Shown in pieces: positions 8,374 to 16,376 of a stretch of DNA of 21,205 nucleotides. Below the pieces are notes generated by a model. It was not told where the DNA came from, did not search any database, and saw only the letters and a program-made list of their open reading frames with translations. The position numbers were made by a program, and so were the translations under genes. The stretch's first letter is position 1; each line of letters starts with the position of its first letter. Origin of the DNA: Planctomycetota bacterium (GTDB taxonomy: Bacteria; Planctomycetota; GCA-002687715; DRQF01); the NCBI GenBank assembly GCA_036479435.1, contig JAZGFI010000087.1, forward strand, positions 1-21,205, read 5' to 3'.

Positions 8374-8618
8374 GCCGAGGAGCCCTGGCCGTGCCCGCCA
8401 CGATCCCCATCGGGATCAACGGGTTTTGACCCATCGGCGGTCAGCGCCTCAATCTTCTTCTCCATTTTTGCGAGATGCTCCTGCAACTCCGCCACGAGTT
8501 TCATACCCGATTGATACTGATCGACGGCCTTGTCGAGCTCGAGCTCGCCATCCTCAAGACCGCGCACGATATCTTCGAGCAGAACCATGCGCGCCTCGAA
8601 TCCTGGTTTTTTTGCCAT
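8370..8618 (-). CDS. xseB: Exodeoxyribonuclease VII small subunit
   Basis: FEARMVLLEDIVRGLEDGELELDKAVDQYQSGMKLVAELQEHLAKMEKKIEAL. Located between xseA and ispA. Start at the MAKK ATG. Confidence 0.92.
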   Translation of the reverse strand: MAKKPGFEARMVLLEDIVRGLEDGELELDKAVDQYQSGMKLVAELQEHLAKMEKKIEALTADGSKPVDPDGDRGGHGQGSSA

Positions 8619-8644
8619 GTCTAAGTCCCAGTCTGCCCTTCGAA

Positions 8645-10114
8645 TCAACCGCCCACTTGGGGATCTGATTCTAACGGGTCCGGCTCGGGCTCAGAAGATG
8701 TGCCCTCGACTCGCGAGCGTATCTCTCCTTTGGCGAAGCGCGTGCGCAAGCGCTGGTGGGGCTGAAGGGTATCGGCGGATCGAATAATCTCGCCCGTTTC
8801 CTCGTCCCGAGTCAGGCTGTAGCCGCGCTCTAGGACGCGTAGGGGCGAAAGGCCCGCCAAGAGCCGCTCGCGCTCCACGAGCGCCACCCTCAAGCTCTCT
8901 ACCCGCCTCTGCAAAGCCGTGGGCATCGCCTGCTCCCAATCCGAAAGCCGTTCGCGCGCTAGCGCAATGCGTTGTTGAGGCAGACGCAGTCCGACGCCCC
9001 GCCGCAAGGCTTCGAGTCTCGCCTGCTCCAAGGCCACGCGTCTTCTCAGAGCTTTCGGCAACGTGAGACGGATCTCATCGAGGCGCTGCACTTTTGATTC
9101 GACCAAACGGCGCGGTTCGCGAAGCGCCCAGCTTTTGCTGTGACCTTGAAGCTGTTGGCGAGCGGATGCCAATCTTGCGGTCACGGTACGGGTGAGGCGA
9201 ATGCGCAACTCGCCCAGGTGCAGTTCGAGGTCGCTTAGCTTGGGAAGAACCATTTCGCCAGCGGCGGTCGGCGTCGCGGCTCGATAGTCGGCAACGAAAT
9301 CCGCGAGGCTAAAGTCAACTTCGTGGCCCACAGCGGAGATGACGGGGATGTGGGAGTCATGTATCGCCTCAACGACGAGGGGCTCGTTGAAAGCCCACAG
9401 GTCTTCGAGGCTTCCCCCGCCCCGCCCCACGATCATAACGTCCACGAGTTGCTCTCGATTGAATCGCTGAATGGCCGCCGCGATTTCGGCCGCCGCCCCC
9501 GGACCTTGGACGATGACATCGGCAATCAGCAACGAAGGTCGCGCAAATCGCGCCGTGATGGTGCTGATCAGATCGCGCACGGCTGCTCCGCGCAACGAGG
9601 TGACAATGCCAATGCGGGCCGGCAAATACGGTAGGGGCTTTTTTAAAGACTCAGCGAACCAACCTTTTGCCTCGTAGTCGGCCTTCAGCTCTCGAAACTT
9701 TCGTTCAAGATCACCTAGGCCAGCAGGCTCCATCGACTCGACGATGAGTTGGTAGCGACCACCCGATTCATAGACCGTCAGACGCCCCCGCACTTGAACT
9801 TGGAGACCGCTTTCGGGCGAAAAACGCAGGCGGCGCGCGGCGTTTCGCCACATCGCGCAACTGATCTGTGCCTTTTCGTCTTTTAGCGTGAAGTAAAGGT
9901 GGCCGCTAGTGGCCGCGCTGAGGTTGGAAATTTCACCCTCGACTAGAAGGTTCCCGAACTCGCGCTCCAAGGTCTTTCGGGCGAGAGCGTTGACCTCGCT
10001 TACCGCGAGTGCCTTTACATTCGAGCCCACGTTTGAAACTGAAGCTGAATCGGAATCAGGCCGAGAACTGGTCTCAGGGTGGTAACCGAAAAGTTTCCGG
10101 CGGCGAGGTTCCAT
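8645..10114 (-). CDS. xseA: Exodeoxyribonuclease VII large subunit
   Basis: VEGEISN, SGHLYFTLKD, IGIVTS..GAAVRD, RGGGSLEDLWAFNE, SAVGHEVDF, RAATPTAAGE, LSPLRVLERGYS. Confidence 0.96.
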   Translation of the reverse strand: MEPRRRKLFGYHPETSSRPDSDSASVSNVGSNVKALAVSEVNALARKTLEREFGNLLVEGEISNLSAATSGHLYFTLKDEKAQISCAMWRNAARRLRFSPESGLQVQVRGRLTVYESGGRYQLIVESMEPAGLGDLERKFRELKADYEAKGWFAESLKKPLPYLPARIGIVTSLRGAAVRDLISTITARFARPSLLIADVIVQGPGAAAEIAAAIQRFNREQLVDVMIVGRGGGSLEDLWAFNEPLVVEAIHDSHIPVISAVGHEVDFSLADFVADYRAATPTAAGEMVLPKLSDLELHLGELRIRLTRTVTARLASARQQLQGHSKSWALREPRRLVESKVQRLDEIRLTLPKALRRRVALEQARLEALRRGVGLRLPQQRIALARERLSDWEQAMPTALQRRVESLRVALVERERLLAGLSPLRVLERGYSLTRDEETGEIIRSADTLQPHQRLRTRFAKGEIRSRVEGTSSEPEPDPLESDPQVGG

Positions 10115-10128
10115 GGTCCCATCAATTC

Positions 10129-11592
10129 TCAGTTGACGTCGATGTAGGAATCGCGGCGAGCGAGCCAGGCTTCACCGTTCAAGACCAAAACCGTGATGCG
10201 CAGCTTGCCCTTATAAAACGGATTCATCTTCCCGAGTCCGCGTAGCGCCTGCATCCATCTTTTGACTTTGCCGTCCTCAAAGAGCAATTCGACGATGTCG
10301 CCGCGGGGCGAAACTGAAAAGTGGAGGTGCTTGGCTTCAACGTGCTTGATCACACCTCGGCCCGGGTTTGAGACCGTGAAGACCACGTCTTTCAGATGGT
10401 CTTGAAGAACTTCGCCGATGCTCACGACGCGAAAAATACTCTGCTCACGCGTCTTTCCCAAAAGGCGATTCAGTTCGGCCTTCACGACACCAGGATCACG
10501 TTGGCCGGTGGCAACCGCGGTTCTTTTTTCCTCTTCCCGTCGCTGGCGAAGCGTCTCGGCGACGGCGTCTTGAACCCCGTCAACGATCTTCGGAGGCTTG
10601 GGTCGGCTGGTTTCGCTAAGGAACTTGCTGCCTTCTTGTTTCAGGCGAGTCAAGATGTCGTCGTTCAGACGATTCGCGCGTGCCTCGGCGGTCTCGGCGC
10701 GCCGCAAGTAGTCCGTAACCTCGCGGTCCATCGTGGCCATCTTCGAACGCAGTTCCGAGATCGTCGTCTCGTCTTCAGATTTTTTCCCGCGCAGCCGTCT
10801 GAGCTCAGCATCGTCGGCGCCCTGCCCAGACTCCAAGCGATCAAGATCGCCCTGCATGTCGAGGATTTTGGTTTTTCGAGCCTGAAGATCACCGCGCAGT
10901 TCGCTCAATTCGCGGTTTTTGTCATCGCGTTCTTCCCGCGCCTCTTTCCACAGTCTTTCGTACTTGGGAAGGACACCGCCTTCAATTCCCGCCAGACGTC
11001 GCGACAGCTCTTCAGATCCCTCTCGACCGTCGTCTCGGCGGGCATCGAAGGCCTCTTTCATGAAGAAACCCGTGACGCCCAAGAGCGCAATGCCCAACAC
11101 GGCGCCCGCAATCAGCAAGGTCCTTTTGCCGCGGCGTTCCCGACGCAGCTCGTCTAGCAACTCGCTCTGTGTGGCTCGTACGCCCTTGAAGGTGTCATTG
11201 AGGGCTTCGGTTGAATTGAGCATCAACTCGCGCTTGCTTTCGTCTTCGATCGACGACTGCATCCGCGCTTGCGTTTGATGGACTTGATTGAGGATCTCGG
11301 CTTGAACTGCGAAGGCCTTAGCGAGTTCTCCAAGTGGCCGCGCAATGGCGCTGGCGGCCTCGCGGTCGACGGCGCCTTCTCGGGCATCGACAATCAGTTG
11401 TGCCATCTGGCCGGGCTCGACGCTCGTCGCGGGACTGAATTCGGCGTCGTGCTTAGGCTCATGCTCGTGCTTGGTGGCCGCCGTGTCCTTGCGCGGGGAC
11501 GCATCTCCAGCTCGTTTGTTTGGCTGACGTTTGTTGAGCCGAAAACGGCCTGAATTCGGTCCGCTTTCGGAATCTGGGGTTTTTTTGCTCAC
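10129..11592 (-). CDS. Hypothetical single-pass membrane protein with long coiled coils and a beta-rich C-terminal domain
   Basis: 487-aa ORF tightly packed in the gene run (3-nt and 14-nt gaps). Hydrophobic segment LLIAGAVLGIALLGVTGFFM after a basic RRERRGKR, with E/R/K/L-rich heptad-like stretches on both sides. Confidence 0.8.
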   Translation of the reverse strand: MSKKTPDSESGPNSGRFRLNKRQPNKRAGDASPRKDTAATKHEHEPKHDAEFSPATSVEPGQMAQLIVDAREGAVDREAASAIARPLGELAKAFAVQAEILNQVHQTQARMQSSIEDESKRELMLNSTEALNDTFKGVRATQSELLDELRRERRGKRTLLIAGAVLGIALLGVTGFFMKEAFDARRDDGREGSEELSRRLAGIEGGVLPKYERLWKEAREERDDKNRELSELRGDLQARKTKILDMQGDLDRLESGQGADDAELRRLRGKKSEDETTISELRSKMATMDREVTDYLRRAETAEARANRLNDDILTRLKQEGSKFLSETSRPKPPKIVDGVQDAVAETLRQRREEEKRTAVATGQRDPGVVKAELNRLLGKTREQSIFRVVSIGEVLQDHLKDVVFTVSNPGRGVIKHVEAKHLHFSVSPRGDIVELLFEDGKVKRWMQALRGLGKMNPFYKGKLRITVLVLNGEAWLARRDSYIDVN

Positions 11593-11595
11593 AGC

Positions 11596-12282
11596 TCAGT
11601 TTCCATTACGGGCGGGCGAAGACTCGGCCGGCGGCTCGCCCAGTTCTTGACGCAGCAAGCGCGCCAATCTTCCCTTTGGTTTCAAATCGTAGGCCTTGAT
11701 GTCCTCACCATAAACCCAGCCCGGCGACAAGAGCGGTCCGTCGGCTCCGAACCGAAGTGGAGACAAACCCCTAAGCGAAGTCCCCGCCGGAACGGCGACG
11801 GCAAGTCGCAACATCGTCCCCGGGGCCACTTCGCGCTTGGGAAGCGACCAAATTTGAACTTCGTGGCGAAAATAGGCTGGCAATCGGGCCGGTGCCTGCG
11901 CCAATAGCGACGCAATGTCGGGCGCATCCCAGTCTGCGATCTCTTCGTTTAGCAACTTGGCCTCGCCGACGAGAGGCAGGGGCAATGGCGCGCTACCGTG
12001 GTTCACGGCCCAAAGCATCGCGTAGCGATAGCGTCCTTGAGTACCCAAGCGGTCGGACCACACTTTCGTATTGAATTGGTCACGCTCGGTTTCCAAGTAG
12101 AACGGCCGCAGCAAGATCTCGAGTTCGCCTTGTTCTCCGTGAAGCACTGCCACGAGCCGGGGAGCCCTTGCAATGTCGGGAGAATGGGGTTCGCCCGGTT
12201 CAGGGGGCGCGAACTGATCGACGACCAAAAAAGCCACGACCGCCAAGGCCGCGATCGTGGCTGCGATGACCGCGACCCTCAT
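11596..12282 (-). CDS. Hypothetical protein with N-terminal membrane anchor/signal and a probable exported beta-rich domain
   Basis: N-terminus MRVAVIAATIAALAVVAFLVV. ATGA overlap with the DUF2062 gene, 3 nt before the next gene. Confidence 0.75.
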   Translation of the reverse strand: MRVAVIAATIAALAVVAFLVVDQFAPPEPGEPHSPDIARAPRLVAVLHGEQGELEILLRPFYLETERDQFNTKVWSDRLGTQGRYRYAMLWAVNHGSAPLPLPLVGEAKLLNEEIADWDAPDIASLLAQAPARLPAYFRHEVQIWSLPKREVAPGTMLRLAVAVPAGTSLRGLSPLRFGADGPLLSPGWVYGEDIKAYDLKPKGRLARLLRQELGEPPAESSPARNGN

Positions 12283-12998
12283 GGCTTAGCTACCCCACTT
12301 GAATCCGAACTGAGTTTGGCCCATATCCGCGCGCGTCGACGTTGATCGCGGGCCTCGAAGAATCGGCGAGCAAGCGGGTAAGTCGGCAGGGCTAACACGA
12401 CGGCCACGATGAAGCTCCCCAACCAAAGCGGCCAACCAAACACCTCGAAAAGGTGAAGCAGGGCGTCCCAAGACGATTCACCTTCGCGGGGTTTTAGTAC
12501 GGCTCCCACGTCTTCGTAGGAGACTTCGTTGCCGCCCAGGATGAGACGACCAATGAGGTAGTAACCGTAGTAAAAGGGGACGACCGTTACGGGATTGCTG
12601 ATCCAGACGATCGCGATACCGGCAAGGCGGTTGGCACCAAACACGGAAGCCAGAACAAAGACCATCGGCATTTGCACCCCGACCGTCGGCGTCATCGCGA
12701 CAAACATTCCAAGCGCAAGCCCCAACGCTAAGGCGTGCGATGAATCACGAATCACCAAAACGGGTTGGATGAGCTTGCCGTAGACCAGACGCCACAAGGC
12801 CCCGAAAGTGGCGTCATAGGTTTTTCGCCACCAAGGCCGCGCGGTACTCGACTCTGACTTCAAGCCTTTGTGCTTCAAAGTCGCCCGTGACACAAAACAC
12901 TCGTCTGCGGGCTCAAGATCCCCGGAGAAAGCTCGCCGCGGGGCCAGTTCAGATGAACGGCGTAATGAGCTTGAGCTTTGAAATTGGGGCCTAACCAT
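12279..12998 (-). CDS. DUF2062 family membrane protein
   Basis: DSSHALALGLALGMFVAMTPTVGVQ, WISNPVTVVPFYYGYYLIG and PLWLGS match the DUF2062 pattern. The true start may be downstream of 12998. Confidence 0.82.
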   Translation of the reverse strand: MVRPQFQSSSSLRRSSELAPRRAFSGDLEPADECFVSRATLKHKGLKSESSTARPWWRKTYDATFGALWRLVYGKLIQPVLVIRDSSHALALGLALGMFVAMTPTVGVQMPMVFVLASVFGANRLAGIAIVWISNPVTVVPFYYGYYLIGRLILGGNEVSYEDVGAVLKPREGESSWDALLHLFEVFGWPLWLGSFIVAVVLALPTYPLARRFFEARDQRRRARIWAKLSSDSSGVAKP

Positions 12999-13005
12999 GC
13001 GGCAT

Positions 13006-13860
13006 TCATCCTAACAAAGCTCGCTCTGAGCCTTCGGGAAGCTCCGCTTTGCCCGCCGCGAGTTCAAGGTAGCCCAGGATCAGGCTTTGGGTCACCGGAC
13101 CCGGAGCCACGGCGAGCGGCTGGCCATCGAAGGTCTGGATGGGCCGGAACAAACTGAACGAACCGAGCAAAAAAGCCTCATCAGCGGATTGAAAGTCGCC
13201 GGAGACGTAGTGCCCTTCACGAACGGCAAATCCCGCCCGCTTAGCGAGGTGAAGCACGACCAAACGAGTGACACCGGGAAGAATTGGTAAGTCCAAAGAG
13301 GGCGTGTGGAGCACATCATCCTTGACGAAAAACAGCGTGCTCCGGGTGCCTTCACTGATCCAGCCCTCATCGAGGGCGAAATATACTTCGTCCAAACCGC
13401 GTTTTCGCCCCTCTGCTTCCGCGAGTCGGTTCACCATATAGTTCATGGTCTTAAAGCCAGCCATGCTGCGGCCCTGAAATTCCGGGGCAGCGCGACCGAC
13501 GGCGATTGCGGGAAATTTCGAGGGCAAAGGATCGACTTGTTCCACCGTAATCAGCACATCGCTCGAGCCATCGTTTTTGGCGAGCAACATGAATTTCAGT
13601 CGGGCATTATCTACACCCGTCTTTTTGATCAGCTCGTCGATCCAAGCCCGCAGCTTGGCCGCGTCAAAGGGGCAATCCATACCGAGATTTGACGCCGTCG
13701 ACACCATGCGAGCCATGTGCGGATTGAGAAAGAGCGGCTTTTTTGCCGCAACGCGTACGGTCTCAAACAAGCCGTAGCCGTGAGCAAAAAAAGGCTCGCT
13801 AGGATCGATCGTAAACTCAGCGCCCGCGACGAAGCGGCCATTCAGAAGATATCCCTTCAT
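13006..13860 (-). CDS. pabC: PLP-dependent class IV aminotransferase-fold enzyme, likely 4-amino-4-deoxychorismate lyase
   Basis: GYGLFET, HMARM, PLP lysine in FKTMNY, ISEGTRSTLF, ILPGVTR, ADEAFL. Directly downstream of pabB. ADC lyase rather than IlvE/Dat is inferred from context. Confidence 0.75.
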   Translation of the reverse strand: MKGYLLNGRFVAGAEFTIDPSEPFFAHGYGLFETVRVAAKKPLFLNPHMARMVSTASNLGMDCPFDAAKLRAWIDELIKKTGVDNARLKFMLLAKNDGSSDVLITVEQVDPLPSKFPAIAVGRAAPEFQGRSMAGFKTMNYMVNRLAEAEGRKRGLDEVYFALDEGWISEGTRSTLFFVKDDVLHTPSLDLPILPGVTRLVVLHLAKRAGFAVREGHYVSGDFQSADEAFLLGSFSLFRPIQTFDGQPLAVAPGPVTQSLILGYLELAAGKAELPEGSERALLG

Positions 13861-15241
13861 GGCGAATTTCTGCCCCCAAGATTTCAAGAATACCGCTTAC
13901 CTTAGCAACTGACTCATCGTACTCGGACTTTGGATCAGAATCGATAACGACGCCGCCTCCGCCGTAGACGCGCGCGAAACCGCCTTCGAGGACGACAGTA
14001 CGAATCGCAATGGAAAACTCGGCTTTGCCACAAGCACTCACATAGCCTATTGAGCCGGTGTAGATGCCCCGCCGCAGTGATTCAATCTCGTCGATGCGTT
14101 GCATGGCGCGGATTTTTGGGGCGCCGGTGATCGACCCCCCGGGAAAGCTGGCTTTCAATAAGTCAAATAAGTCGCAGCCCTCGCGGAGCTTTCCCCGCAC
14201 CACGGTCACCAAGTGATGGACCGTAGGGGCACTCTCGAGGTGGGCGTGATCTGACACGACGACTGAGCCAGGTCGGCAAACTCGCGAGAGGTCGTTGCGA
14301 ATGAGGTCGACGATCATTGCCAACTCGGCCCGATCTTTTTCGCTTACTAACAGCTCCTTGGCCGACCGCGCGTCCAAATCCGGGTCCGCGTACCTGGGGC
14401 TCGTCCCCTTGATAGGCCGGGACTCGACCTGATCTTGGTCAAGCTTAAGATAGCTCTCTGGCGAAACCGACACGATGGCAGCACCTTGCCATTCGAACAG
14501 CGCGCCGTAGGGAGCGGGGTGCTCGCGCTGAAGGCGTGAAAACAGCCGCGCGGCGTCGTCCTTACAGGGAACGAGCCAGCGCTGGGTGAGATTGATTTGA
14601 TAGACGTCGCCCTGCCGAATCAACTCTCGCACCGCTTCGACTCGTGACTGGTGGCCACTCGCTGAGACACTGGAGACGGCGGGACGGCGTTTGGGAGCGA
14701 CGGACGCATCTTGATTCGCGGTCTGAAGGTCGCCGTCAGCCACGCGAACACAGTCGACAACACGCTCGATGCGCTCCGAGTTTTCGGGATTGGCTTCGCT
14801 AACACAGACCAAGCGCCACTTGTCGCATTGCCGAACTAAGAACAAGTCGTAGGCGCCAAACCAAAGGTCGGGCAAAGAGGAGTCCGCCGGGTTCTCGTCA
14901 GGCATCGGCTCGTAGGCACGGCCCGCGTCATAGCCCAAGTAGCCGAGGAGCCCGCCTTGAAAGGGCAAATCGCCGAGGTCACCGGCGGGCACATCAACCA
15001 CGCCCCGCAAACGACGCAGTGCTTGGTTCAGATCGCCGATCGATTCTCGAGTTGCGCCCCAAACCAGCTGTCCCTCGCCGCGATGCCATTCCAAATAGGA
15101 GATGGGGTCGACGCCTAAAATACTCAGCGCCTTTGAATCCCTAGCCGCTGCGTTATCGAGCAAAAACGGCAAACCGCAAGGACGCAGCGCCGCAAACATG
15201 GCGGCGGGTTCCAGCGTCGTTGACAAGGTGCGCTCGATCAT
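13817..15241 (-). CDS. pabB: Aminodeoxychorismate synthase component I
   Basis: PFQGGLLGYLGYD, GDVYQINL, SPE, PabB-type PIKGT (TrpE has PIAGT), AELAMIVDLIRNDL, FPGGSITGAPKIRAM, YTGSIGY, IAIRT. Start uncertain (15241 preferred, 15328 possible). Confidence 0.9.
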   Translation of the reverse strand: MIERTLSTTLEPAAMFAALRPCGLPFLLDNAAARDSKALSILGVDPISYLEWHRGEGQLVWGATRESIGDLNQALRRLRGVVDVPAGDLGDLPFQGGLLGYLGYDAGRAYEPMPDENPADSSLPDLWFGAYDLFLVRQCDKWRLVCVSEANPENSERIERVVDCVRVADGDLQTANQDASVAPKRRPAVSSVSASGHQSRVEAVRELIRQGDVYQINLTQRWLVPCKDDAARLFSRLQREHPAPYGALFEWQGAAIVSVSPESYLKLDQDQVESRPIKGTSPRYADPDLDARSAKELLVSEKDRAELAMIVDLIRNDLSRVCRPGSVVVSDHAHLESAPTVHHLVTVVRGKLREGCDLFDLLKASFPGGSITGAPKIRAMQRIDEIESLRRGIYTGSIGYVSACGKAEFSIAIRTVVLEGGFARVYGGGGVVIDSDPKSEYDESVAKVSGILEILGAEIRHEGISSEWPLRRGR

Positions 15242-15356
15242 CGAGATGAGTTCTGTGTGCCTTTGAATACCATGCGTGCTTTCCGGATATCGGATCACAA
15301 CATCAAAAACAGCGAGAGAGCGAGTCATGAGTGGAGGCGGACGATAGAATCAAGCC

Positions 15357-16292
15357 ATGGATGAGATCGATCTATACTTGGCTTCCATGCGCGACGGGCA
15401 GCGCGTTTCACCGCACACCCTACGCGCCTACGGTACCGATCTCGTCATGTTCTTCGAGTGGTTGTCGGCAGATAAGGGCGACCCGGGGCTCAAATCCATC
15501 GAAGCCCACCACCTGCGCGAGTACCTTGGCGAGTTGCGCCGGGCCGACCGAGCCCGCGCGACCATCGCCAGAAAAGCGGCGGCCCTGCGAGGATTCTTCG
15601 GCTTCCTCCACCGCGAAGGTCGCCTAAGTGGCAATCCGGCCGCCCTGCTTAGGAGCAGCGCCGGGCCCCGAAAACTTCCGGCTGCGCTCAGTGAGGAGCA
15701 GCTCCAAAACCTGTTGAGCGCCCCCCAAGGGAATAACTTTATCGACCTTCGCGACCGGGCCCTGCTTGAATTCCTCTACAGCACGGGGGCCCGAGTCGGC
15801 GAGGTCTGCGCCTTAAGCGTCGAACAGATCGATTTGGCCGAAGGCGTCGTGCGCCTCTTCGGCAAGGGAAAAAAGGAGCGCCTAGCCCTCATTGGCCGCT
15901 ACGCCAAAGAGGCTCTTGCCGCCTACCTGGACATCCGCCGCGGACGACGCCAAGACGGCATCGGCGAACCGCTGTTTTTGAATCACCGGGGCGGCGCCCT
16001 CTCCGACCGCAGCGTACGCCGCATCTTAAAAAAGCGTCTCATGCAAGCCGGACTGCCATCGTCGGTCAGCCCCCACACGCTCCGCCACTCCTTCGCAACC
16101 CACTTGCTCCGTCACGGCGCTGGCTTGCGCTCCGTCCAAGAACTCCTCGGCCACGAATCAGTCAACACCACCCAAATTTACACCAAGATCACGCCCGAAC
16201 ACTTGGCTGAGATCTACAAGCGAGCGCACCCCCGAACTCGCCTCGACCAAGACGAGAGCGACCGCAACCTCGAATCGGGTGCCGACAACTAA
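15357..16292 (+). CDS. xerC: Tyrosine recombinase XerC/XerD type
   Basis: SPHTLRAYGTDL, RDRALLEFLYSTGARVGE, GKGKKER, SPHTLRHSFATHLL, VQELLGH, TTQIYT, AHPR. The R-K-H-R-H-Y catalytic set is intact. Confidence 0.9.
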   Translation: MDEIDLYLASMRDGQRVSPHTLRAYGTDLVMFFEWLSADKGDPGLKSIEAHHLREYLGELRRADRARATIARKAAALRGFFGFLHREGRLSGNPAALLRSSAGPRKLPAALSEEQLQNLLSAPQGNNFIDLRDRALLEFLYSTGARVGEVCALSVEQIDLAEGVVRLFGKGKKERLALIGRYAKEALAAYLDIRRGRRQDGIGEPLFLNHRGGALSDRSVRRILKKRLMQAGLPSSVSPHTLRHSFATHLLRHGAGLRSVQELLGHESVNTTQIYTKITPEHLAEIYKRAHPRTRLDQDESDRNLESGADN

Positions 16293-16376
16293 ATCCCTGG
16301 CTTCTGGATAGACATGATCCCCGCCAAAAGGACGGTACCGAAACAGCAAACGGTCACGGTAGCACCAAGGCCGAGG

